Shown here: piece after piece, positions 42,958 through 50,582 of the stretch | Layout of the letters: every line of letters starts with the position of its first letter | Numbering within the stretch: position 1 is the stretch's first letter | Assembly (NCBI GenBank): GCA_043807505.1 | Contig: JAZDFW010000089.1 | Coordinates: 1 to 55,353, forward strand | Length of the DNA stretch: 55,353 nucleotides | Direction: 5' to 3' | Source of the DNA: Candidatus Omnitrophota bacterium | GTDB lineage: Bacteria; Omnitrophota; Gorgyraeia; Gygaellales; Profunditerraquicolaceae | The notes under the pieces: model-generated | Databases searched by the model: none | Told to the model about the DNA's origin: nothing | What the model saw: only the letters and a program-made list of their open reading frames with translations | Position numbers and translations under genes: made by a program

Positions 42958-43701
42958 TTATTTTTGAGTTTCATCCAAAATACGAATAAGCGGTTCTTCC
43001 CAGCCAAAACAGGTAATCCCTATACCAATAAGTGCCTTAAACGCCTCAATGCATTCGGGGTCAATTTGCACGAACTCTTCAAGCATCCGTACAACCTCAT
43101 TCATAAATCCACCCACAATACCATTCGAGTCGTCTACACCGCCGACGCGTAACTTTTTATCCAGCCGTAAAAGTAGTTTTACCAGAATTTCAGCCGCCTG
43201 CCTGTTAACCGGCAAATCAGAAACTACCGCCGATAGCATATTGCATCCTTCACGCAGCGAATCCTGATTCGCAAACCAGGTGCGCGACGGCCCACTGTAT
43301 GGTTTGATATACCGTAAGGCCTCAGTGATAGATTTTTTAACCACGGTTAACTCTTCTTTATTTATCGCTCTCTGCTGCCTACTGCACTCGACCTGATGAT
43401 CAAGTTCCTTGTCTTTATCGTTTAAGGGGCGGCCAGCCATGACAACATGGAGTGCTAAAGCCACTATATGTTTGCAAAGCGTATCTTTTTCACCAAGATA
43501 GCAAGTACAACTTCCGTGTTTATAATTTCGGGCCGATACTGAAACCCGATAAGGCCTTGTCCCCAAGACAACAGCGGTATAATTCCCACCCCACTCCTCA
43601 ACTTCTGTCACCTTACCGCTTTCATATAAACCCACCGCGCGCTGGAATGTTGCCTCGTCGGTCGCAAATTTAATTTTGTTAAGGTCGTATGATAGAATCA
43701 T
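42958..43701 (-). CDS. SWIM zinc-finger protein, function unknown
   Basis: CTCYLGEKDTLCKHIVAL fits the SWIM pattern CxCx(n)CxH. The helical C-terminal region is unassigned. Confidence 0.65.
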   Translation of the reverse strand: MILSYDLNKIKFATDEATFQRAVGLYESGKVTEVEEWGGNYTAVVLGTRPYRVSVSARNYKHGSCTCYLGEKDTLCKHIVALALHVVMAGRPLNDKDKELDHQVECSRQQRAINKEELTVVKKSITEALRYIKPYSGPSRTWFANQDSLREGCNMLSAVVSDLPVNRQAAEILVKLLLRLDKKLRVGGVDDSNGIVGGFMNEVVRMLEEFVQIDPECIEAFKALIGIGITCFGWEEPLIRILDETQK

Positions 43702-43708
43702 AATTTTT

Positions 43709-43966
43709 TCATTCCCATGGCAACTTTGGCAGTTTATTTAATGCCTTAACAAATCTGCTATGATCAAATGGCTGTTGCTGCTTTAACACATCGAAAATTT
43801 CACTACTGACTACACATCCTATTAACCGCCTGGCCTCTTGTTCAGAAATACCACCTGCGACAAGCCGGTTATACGTCTCTTTGGTTTCCGGTGGATCTAG
43901 GTCCTTCAATTGCTTATCAACAACCTCTAATATCACCTGCTTTAAAACGAAACTAGTCTTGGCCAT
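43709..43966 (-). CDS. small hypothetical protein (possibly DUF1841-like)
   Basis: 85-aa ORF with a good GGGAGG RBS, 7 nt upstream of the SWIM gene. The resemblance to the C-terminal half of DUF1841 is from memory only. Confidence 0.45.
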   Translation of the reverse strand: MAKTSFVLKQVILEVVDKQLKDLDPPETKETYNRLVAGGISEQEARRLIGCVVSSEIFDVLKQQQPFDHSRFVKALNKLPKLPWE

Positions 43967-43996
43967 TTAAAATTACCTCCCTTTAAACCCCCTGGA

Positions 43997-44063
43997 AATT
44001 CTGGGGACATCATACTTAATTCTGAATTATGTAATGTGTCCCCGGAATTCTTCCCCGGAATTC
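43997..44063. repeat. inverted-repeat element, copy A (~54 bp plus a tandemly duplicated right arm)
   Basis: AATTCTGGGGACATCATACTTA (43997-44018), 16 nt, then TGTGTCCCCGGAATTC (44035-44050). The arms are reverse complements of each other. CCCCGGAATTC is repeated at 44053-44063. Confidence 0.85.
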
Positions 44064-44252
44064 CCAGACTATCGGCGAATGTAAGCAGGCCGTTGCTTCA
44101 CTTATCATCATTGACTCCAGCTTCCTGCTATCAAAGAACAAGGAACTCGCCGCTTCTTTATACAATATCAAGTCGGAACGGTTTAAGAAAAAACTAGAAA
44201 ACTAACAAAGTACTGCAGTTCAAATAAAAACTCACTTATTCAACTACAAATG

Positions 44253-45590
44253 TCATATTCTGGGAATATGATGGAAAACAACTGAGTTTCCAATTTTTAG
44301 TTTCTCAATGAATTTTCCAGCTTTTTTTCGTTTTCTATTATTTGGACTAGTTAATTTTAATGATTTCTCAAACTCTTTTTCATCAATAAACTTCTCAGTG
44401 TTAATCTCGTTGTAATAGCAAAATAGTGGCACATGTTTTAATTTAGTATCAGCAAACATCGCGCCATTAAATAAATAAAGCCCCGTTAAGTATCCTTCTA
44501 AATAAGAATGCTCAAGCCAATTTAGTTTATATTTCTTTACAAGGCTCTCGTATGCATTAATCGAATTTAATAAATACTTAGTACACAGGGATTTTCCTCC
44601 TTTGACTTTATTTATCAAATATTGGAATGCATGCAAGATGCCATCTTGGTAAGAGAGACAATAAATAATCTCCGGGAATTTAGTATGTTTATACTTCCTT
44701 GATGTTATATCATGTCTTCTTAGGACATATTCTTGTATTGATAATACCTTAGATAAATTTTCCAAAGGCAATAAACATCCTTTTTGCTCAAACCTTTTTC
44801 TTAATTGACGAATAAAATAACTTCCTTCAGTATAAATCGGTTTCAAATTATATTTAATCCAGTTCTTTTCATTGGATCTATCTAGCGTAACAACATAGGC
44901 CTGTCTTCGAAAATCGCCCATTTTACTCGAGATGTATTTGTAAATTCTTTGGAAATCCTCATCTTGGAATGAATATCCAATAAAAACAATAATATTTTGA
45001 GCTAGAAATAATTTCAATTTGCTCCCAATTGTATTCCTATTTAATTCTCGATAGCATCTTTTGTAATCTTCTTCTGTCGCAACAATAGATCCTAAGTCAT
45101 TTATCGAACCGTGGATTTTCAGAACTCTTCTACTTGAGGTATTCCAGAATGGAACATCAGTGTCATACACAAAGGGAGTAGCATTTGATATGGTTTCTAA
45201 GAAATCGTCCCAATTGGTTGTAACGAGATTTTCAACGCAAGGAAAAACAGAAATTTCTTCATGAAATTCAGTAGCTCGGTTAAATAATTCAGGCCATGCT
45301 TTAAAATAATCGAGTCTTTCTCTAATTTTATTAATTAAAGGTGCTCTACTTCCAAATTTTTTAACATGTAAACTCATTACTTTGGAAAATGAAAGAGCTT
45401 TATTGTTTTTTAATTTAAGCTCAACAAGAACGCTTTCATAAAAAGTATCAGGAAATACTCTTTTTGCCTCCGTGCTGATGCCTGCTCCAATGAACAAAAC
45501 TACGTCGTGAATTTCATTGATAATCTCTTCTGGCAAGACGAATTCAATATAATCCCGACATGTCTTACAATCTTTATTAAATTTTTTCAT
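44253..45590 (-). CDS. SIR2-family (SIR2_2/DHS-like NAD-binding, defence-type NADase) protein with an unassigned C-terminal domain
   Basis: VVLFIGAGIST glycine-rich loop, TTNWDD (catalytic Asn context), VLKIHGSINDLGSIVATEEDY (catalytic His) and VFIGYSFQDEDF. 445 aa. Confidence 0.75.
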   Translation of the reverse strand: MKKFNKDCKTCRDYIEFVLPEEIINEIHDVVLFIGAGISTEAKRVFPDTFYESVLVELKLKNNKALSFSKVMSLHVKKFGSRAPLINKIRERLDYFKAWPELFNRATEFHEEISVFPCVENLVTTNWDDFLETISNATPFVYDTDVPFWNTSSRRVLKIHGSINDLGSIVATEEDYKRCYRELNRNTIGSKLKLFLAQNIIVFIGYSFQDEDFQRIYKYISSKMGDFRRQAYVVTLDRSNEKNWIKYNLKPIYTEGSYFIRQLRKRFEQKGCLLPLENLSKVLSIQEYVLRRHDITSRKYKHTKFPEIIYCLSYQDGILHAFQYLINKVKGGKSLCTKYLLNSINAYESLVKKYKLNWLEHSYLEGYLTGLYLFNGAMFADTKLKHVPLFCYYNEINTEKFIDEKEFEKSLKLTSPNNRKRKKAGKFIEKLKIGNSVVFHHIPRI

Positions 45591-45877
45591 ATAATTCTGG
45601 GGACATCATACTTACCTTTCTCAATTAAGTATTGTGTCCCCCAAATTCCATTGCTTAGATCTTGAGTTCGCAAATCATCTCGCCATTGAGAACTACTCCA
45701 TCTTCTTTGGTCTATTTTTTCTTTCTCCTCTGATTGTAATAGCAACGCAATATTGCCTAGAATAATTAGAATGACGAAGAGAATTTTCCACCTTAAAGAC
45801 AATATTTTTTTATAATCAAAGGACATCCTACTAGTTATTATCGCGCTCAATAAAAATATTGCTATGATAGCAAACAT
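45587..45877 (-). CDS. small two-TM membrane protein translationally coupled to the SIR2 gene
   Basis: Two hydrophobic helices (FAIIAIFLLSAIIT and WKILFVILIILGNIALLL). An AGAGGAAAG RBS is present and the stop overlaps the SIR2 start (ATGA). The last ~19 codons are encoded by repeat copy B. Confidence 0.55.
   Translation of the reverse strand: MFAIIAIFLLSAIITSRMSFDYKKILSLRWKILFVILIILGNIALLLQSEEKEKIDQRRWSSSQWRDDLRTQDLSNGIWGTQYLIEKGKYDVPRII
45593..45649. repeat. inverted-repeat element, copy B
   Basis: An identical 22-mer, AATTCTGGGGACATCATACTTA (45593-45614), then 18 nt, then TGTGTCCCCCAAATTCC (45633-45649). Confidence 0.85.
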
Positions 45878-46041
45878 CTTTCCTCTATCAATTACCCCTT
45901 TTAATAATTATATCCCGAATATCTCATTTATCTTAGCCTTCCACTCATTCTCATAAATTACCTTAAACTCAAATTTATTGAAAACTATGGACCGTTTCTA
46001 TCTATCGAAGCCCGAAGTGTCCCCTAGTTTCATTTTGACAA

Positions 46042-47580
46042 TCACAAAGTTGCTTCATTTAATGTCATCTTTTCTTCAAGACCATAAACAAATTTATCTA
46101 TATTTGAAATTCTTACTTCAAAGCCATCATTTTTTATAAATTTAAAGTAGCGTTCGGTATCAATGAAAGATTTAGGAGAAATGAACACAGCGTACGACTT
46201 AACACCATTTTTAATATATTCCTCAAGGTGCCTTTGCACCGAAAACGACTCTCTAATATGTTGTTGCGTACCTGTAAGTAAAGTAACTTCTATTAAAACC
46301 GTGTCCTCGTCTTCCAAGCATTCAATATCAGGATTCCCGCCCGATGCAAAACTCGTCGGTAAACCCTCGTCATCCGAGACAAAATTTGGTTTTACTGTTA
46401 CATTTGGTAATTTTTTAAGAATAGCCAGAGAAGTTAAAAATTCCAAACGCAAAGGCTGATCTATAATTTTCAGAATATTATCTCGGGAAGATTTTTTCTG
46501 CGCTAAATTAAGCATTTCAGTCCTAATTACTTCCCACTCGTAATGATTTACCCATTTTTCTAGTTCTATCTTGGTAGTTCTAATAGGTGCTTTATACACT
46601 GAAAGTGTAGCAATTAAATTGGCATCAACCGCTCCGATATAATCAAAAAAATCTTTTTCAGCCGTAAACGTTGGATAGGAAATATAATTTTCTAAAATAT
46701 AGCTTATCGCTGTTATCTCTTTTGTATTAATGTCAATAAAACGACCGCCGCCACGCAAAGAAATTAACCCAGTTAAACGCATTTTACGAATAAAATCATC
46801 AGGGTAATCGCCTAAAATAGAATTATCATCTCGCTTAGTTTCATTGAGTAGTTTATAACAAAGCTTCAAAATAGTTTCATTACTCGGCGAAAAGCCATAT
46901 TTTTTACGCAATTTTTTTATTTCCCGATATAGACTATTCGCATTATCGTTTTTCCAACACAACAATAAAGGAACTTCCAATCTTGAAATGCCTGCACCGT
47001 TAAAATCGGCATCTTTGTTTAAAAGTTTAATTGTCTGTATTAATAGAATTAAGGGCACATTTTTATTTAAAACTTTACGAAACGGATTTTGACGTTGATA
47101 TTTTGCAAAAGCATTAGCAAAAACCATTAATTCGTGTTCAGGTTTTTCTTTATCTAATAACATTTTTCCACTTTCAGAAAATTTTATTTGCTCGTTTTGC
47201 CAATACCAAACAAAGCCTAATTCTTTGGCTATTTTAAACCAAGTATCAAATCTTGACGGCCAACCTTTATCAAAACCTGCTTCCTTATGGCTTTGTGGAT
47301 TATTAATAAATGCTTGTTCGGTTTCTATTTTGCTTAATTCTACCTCATTTTTCCATTTATTCTTTATGCATAGAGAGACCTTCATAGGACGATACAAGCC
47401 TTTTTGAATCAAAACCTTGGCTACTTTTTCGATAATTTTATTCGTCAAAATTTTGCCATCATGCTCACTAAGAATTGTTAAAAAATCCTTTAATCGTTCA
47501 GGATTTCTTATTGTTGTCGTAAATAATAAAGGCTTATATTCGGATTGGCGTTTTTTCATAGTTTTAATAATTAGTAACAA
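46042..47580 (-). CDS. putative restriction endonuclease, AlwI-family-like (type IIS-type); family assignment tentative
   Basis: It lies last in an operon with two m6A methyltransferases. The N-terminal LLFTTTIRNPERLKDFL resembles the AlwI-family N-terminus as I recall it. The C-terminal GGNPDIECL...VLIEVTLL is a PD...E-x-K-like core. An alternative start exists at M8 (47559). Confidence 0.5.
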   Translation of the reverse strand: MLLIIKTMKKRQSEYKPLLFTTTIRNPERLKDFLTILSEHDGKILTNKIIEKVAKVLIQKGLYRPMKVSLCIKNKWKNEVELSKIETEQAFINNPQSHKEAGFDKGWPSRFDTWFKIAKELGFVWYWQNEQIKFSESGKMLLDKEKPEHELMVFANAFAKYQRQNPFRKVLNKNVPLILLIQTIKLLNKDADFNGAGISRLEVPLLLCWKNDNANSLYREIKKLRKKYGFSPSNETILKLCYKLLNETKRDDNSILGDYPDDFIRKMRLTGLISLRGGGRFIDINTKEITAISYILENYISYPTFTAEKDFFDYIGAVDANLIATLSVYKAPIRTTKIELEKWVNHYEWEVIRTEMLNLAQKKSSRDNILKIIDQPLRLEFLTSLAILKKLPNVTVKPNFVSDDEGLPTSFASGGNPDIECLEDEDTVLIEVTLLTGTQQHIRESFSVQRHLEEYIKNGVKSYAVFISPKSFIDTERYFKFIKNDGFEVRISNIDKFVYGLEEKMTLNEATL

Positions 47581-48469
47581 GGATCTCTTTAATTTTCTTT
47601 TTTCCGTTATTATGATAACTAATATAATTACTTTTTATTTTGTAAATTTTGTATTTATTCATCCATTTAATCAACGCATCATTTTTACTCCCGTTATAAT
47701 GCGTTACATTTGACAATGCAAATCGTACAGATTTTTTATTTAAATTATCAATTAAGTTTAGTAAATCAGATTCAGATTTCTGATCCCAAAATTTATTATA
47801 TTCACTCGCAGCTATTAAATAAGGGGGGTCTAAATAAACAAAATCATTTGCTGAAAATTTTATTTCAGAAAAAAAACTTCTAAAATCTTTTGAACTCAAT
47901 GCTGTCTTTTTATCTTGTACAAAATAAAAATAATTGTTTAAAGCATTAACAACATTTTTATTAAAATCGACATTTCCCACTGGGAGATTAAATCGACCCC
48001 CGCCATTGAATCTCAACATTCTGTTAAAACCATATATAAGCAAAATATACAAAATTAAAGGGTCATTATCATTATTTTTATTGACACGGTCTCTTAATTT
48101 TTCGTAGCCCTCTTTGTTGAATCTTGCATAATAAGTTTTTTCCCATTCTTTTTTTAGTGAATCCGGAATTACATCTTCTTTAAATGACCTAGATAGATTA
48201 TATTTGTATATTATTTTTTCAACACTTTTAAAAAAACGAATTGGATTCTTTGAATTTTCAATTAAAAATCGGTGTATGTTAATAAGGTTTTGATCTATGT
48301 CATTTAAAGAATACCTTTTTGCCTTGATATTTAAGAAAACGGTGCCACCACCAACAAAGGGTTCATAAAAATGATTTATTTCTTGCGGAAATAAATCAAT
48401 CAATTGTTTCATCAATTTATATTTATCTCCGACATAAAACAATGGGGATCTTTTAATTTTACTAAACAT
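47564..48469 (-). CDS. Dam-like (D12 class, alpha group) N6-adenine DNA methyltransferase
   Basis: FYVGDKYKL, EPFVGGGTVFLN (FxGxG) and YLDPPY (motif IV). 301 aa. Confidence 0.88.
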   Translation of the reverse strand: MFSKIKRSPLFYVGDKYKLMKQLIDLFPQEINHFYEPFVGGGTVFLNIKAKRYSLNDIDQNLINIHRFLIENSKNPIRFFKSVEKIIYKYNLSRSFKEDVIPDSLKKEWEKTYYARFNKEGYEKLRDRVNKNNDNDPLILYILLIYGFNRMLRFNGGGRFNLPVGNVDFNKNVVNALNNYFYFVQDKKTALSSKDFRSFFSEIKFSANDFVYLDPPYLIAASEYNKFWDQKSESDLLNLIDNLNKKSVRFALSNVTHYNGSKNDALIKWMNKYKIYKIKSNYISYHNNGKKKIKEILVTNY

Positions 48470-50276
48470 GGTTAATTTTTGTTACAAATAGATATTCTTT
48501 ATGGTTTTTAAATTCAGTATTGCCTGCGTTAAAATGTCTATATTCTTTTTCAAAAACCTTGGTTTCACCTTTTGCCGTCAAAATATTTTTAATTTCTTGG
48601 AGAGTAATTTTGTTTTTTGACGAGTTGCTTTTAGAAGCGTACGTATTATTATATGACACCACTAAATATTTTGCGTTAATATCTTTTACCAGCTCAGCAA
48701 GCTTATTTTTGGCTTGCACTCTACAATAATCGCTCATATTTTCAGAATCGGGCTTCAGTGCTGTACCGTATAATTTTGGCTTATCCCATTTGGTTAAAGT
48801 TTCTAGTACATGATAAAATCTGCTATACTGCCTCGAATTATACGGCGGATCAACATAAACTATATCTGCTCTGATTTTCTTCACCAACAGATTTGCATCT
48901 TCTCTAAAAATAGTTGCATTTTTTACATTTATCGGATCTATGGGCTTCATAAAAAATCCATCCTCAATGTAATCTTTTTTGAAATACGCATCGTAGTGGC
49001 CAACAGTATTAGCTATTTTATCAATTGAATATAATAGAGACGCCATAAGAATATAGTATTCTTTACTCGTTAAATTCTTTTTGTTTTCTTCAATATTTTC
49101 TCTGATAAATCCAATAATTTTAGATGATTTATGACTAAAATACTTACCTCCAAAATATTCGGAGAAATAATTATCTTCTAAATTTTCGCTATCAATATTA
49201 TTGTAGTCCTTAATAATATTACTGATTTTGTCTTTGTCCCATTTACCCTTACCAAAAAAAGCTTGATAAATTGCATGATTAGAGTGTAAAAAATCATTTA
49301 ATATGACCTCTTCAAAATGCCTCGCTGCAACAGCAGACACGACTCCAGTACCTGCAAAAATATCAGCAAAAGAATTTCCCTTCTCACATTCTTTGTTAAT
49401 TATAGAAAAAATCCACTCTATCAATTTATGCTTGCTGCCAATATACCTGCGGTTTTGTAGTTGGAGATGATTTTTTCTTATTTGCGGAATATAAAAATAT
49501 GTCTCCTTTACCTTTTCTGCATTTATTTCATAAGCGGGTTTTTCAATTTCCAGTAAATTAAAAAATGTTGTTTGTATTTCATCGGATACATAATCGAGAT
49601 TTTTATCTTTAATTTTTAATTTTTCATAAAAACTATAGCTCCCATTATTTACTGTAATAATAAAATCTAAAACAGCAATCCCCATTATTTCTCCTGCCTG
49701 AGATATTTTCTTAACAATCTCAATGTCTTTTCCACTTGGAGTTGAGACTCCCGATGGGTGGTTATGAATTAAAATAATACTTGCAGCATTAATTTCTACT
49801 GCTGGATAAAAAACTTCTCTTGGATGTATCAAGCTTTTATCGAGTAAACCAATACTTATAGTTTCTTTTTTGATTAAAATATTTCTTGCATTAAGGTACA
49901 GACAAACTAAATACTCCTTTTTCTTATCTCTCAAATCATAGGTAAGCGATAGAACATCCTTGTGATTCTTTATTATGACTTCATTTCCTTTTTCTTCTTC
50001 ATAAAACCTTTTTACTAAAGAAATTGCGGAAACTATTTGTAACGCTTTAACTTGTCCAATGCCTGGAATTTCTAACAAATTACCGACTTCAATATTCAAA
50101 AAACTTTTACCAAATTTTTTTATAATGTGTTCTGAAAGCTGCCTAACATTTTTACCCTTAATTCCACTTCCAAGTAATATTGCCAAGAGATCGCTTTTGG
50201 AAAGAGCATCTGCTCCTTTTTTTAGAAATCTTTCCCGCGGACGATCCACAAGAGGAATATCTTTGATTTTTGTCAT
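48462..50276 (-). CDS. fusion of a full-length RadC/JAB (MPN) domain protein to a D12-class N6-adenine DNA methyltransferase
   Basis: Residues 1-~225 give PLVDRPRERFLKKGADALSKSDLLAILLGSG, an HhH, and HNHPSG (JAMM motif). The C-half gives RYIGSKHKL, FAGTGVVS (FxGxG) and VYVDPPYNSRQY (DPPY). Confidence 0.85.
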   Translation of the reverse strand: MTKIKDIPLVDRPRERFLKKGADALSKSDLLAILLGSGIKGKNVRQLSEHIIKKFGKSFLNIEVGNLLEIPGIGQVKALQIVSAISLVKRFYEEEKGNEVIIKNHKDVLSLTYDLRDKKKEYLVCLYLNARNILIKKETISIGLLDKSLIHPREVFYPAVEINAASIILIHNHPSGVSTPSGKDIEIVKKISQAGEIMGIAVLDFIITVNNGSYSFYEKLKIKDKNLDYVSDEIQTTFFNLLEIEKPAYEINAEKVKETYFYIPQIRKNHLQLQNRRYIGSKHKLIEWIFSIINKECEKGNSFADIFAGTGVVSAVAARHFEEVILNDFLHSNHAIYQAFFGKGKWDKDKISNIIKDYNNIDSENLEDNYFSEYFGGKYFSHKSSKIIGFIRENIEENKKNLTSKEYYILMASLLYSIDKIANTVGHYDAYFKKDYIEDGFFMKPIDPINVKNATIFREDANLLVKKIRADIVYVDPPYNSRQYSRFYHVLETLTKWDKPKLYGTALKPDSENMSDYCRVQAKNKLAELVKDINAKYLVVSYNNTYASKSNSSKNKITLQEIKNILTAKGETKVFEKEYRHFNAGNTEFKNHKEYLFVTKINHV

Positions 50277-50303
50277 TCTTTACCTACCTTGCTATCTACT
50301 AAA

Positions 50304-50335
50304 CAAAAAACCCTCGCCATTTCTAGCGAAGGTTT
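50304..50335 (-). terminator. rho-independent terminator-like hairpin ~28 nt upstream of the RadC-MTase start
   Basis: The minus strand reads CCUUCGC-uagaaaug-GCGAGGG (7 bp including one G-U), followed by TTTTTTG. Confidence 0.6.
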
Positions 50336-50394
50336 TAATTATATTAACGTGGCAGTTCCCCCTTCAAACATACCACACCTAATTTTCACTTCTA

Positions 50395-50422
50395 ATCTTA
50401 CCATAATATCTTTTTTAGTCAA
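50395..50422 (-). promoter_or_regulatory. candidate sigma70 promoter in the radC-remnant/R-M spacer
   Basis: The minus strand reads TTGACT, a 16-nt spacer, then TAAGAT. It lies ~60-90 nt upstream of the hairpin at 50304-50335. Confidence 0.35.
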
Positions 50423-50456
50423 TAATTATCCTTCCAAAAAATAACTGGCTGGTTTT

Positions 50457-50582
50457 TTAGAACCTTAGAATTTTCAAAACTCCCGCGCCCTTCTTTAAGA
50501 GCTTCTCCCTCGGCCTGTCATCCTCCGGCCAATTCTTTATCGATTTTTCATAGAGTTTTCTTTGCCCTGACTTTTTCACCAT
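50457..50582 (-). pseudogene. radC: truncated radC remnant (first ~36 codons only)
   Basis: My own translation gives MVKKSGQRKLYEKSIKNWPEDDRPREKLLKKGAGVLKILRF*. The WPEDDRPREKLLKKGAGVL stretch is the conserved RadC N-terminus. The sequence then diverges and stops where the expected S(D/E)xELLAILL should follow. Confidence 0.65.

Noticed and set aside
44253-45590. Calling the SIR2 protein ThsA (Thoeris)
   Set aside because: There is no TIR-domain (ThsB) gene nearby and no SLOG domain is recognisable in the C-terminal half. There is likewise no HerA, pAgo or STAND partner, so I left the system unassigned.
43997-45649. Interpreting the inverted-repeat elements as integron attC sites
   Set aside because: The arms (GAATTCYGGGGACA) do not match the RYYYAAC/GTTRRRY attC core. 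No intI integrase or attI site is visible in the window.
46042-50276. Assigning a recognition sequence (GATC, GGATC or GAGTC) to the R-M system
   Set aside because: This cannot be deduced from the sequence alone. GGATC and GAGTC both occur in the window, so there is no obvious site avoidance. It needs REBASE comparison or methylome data.
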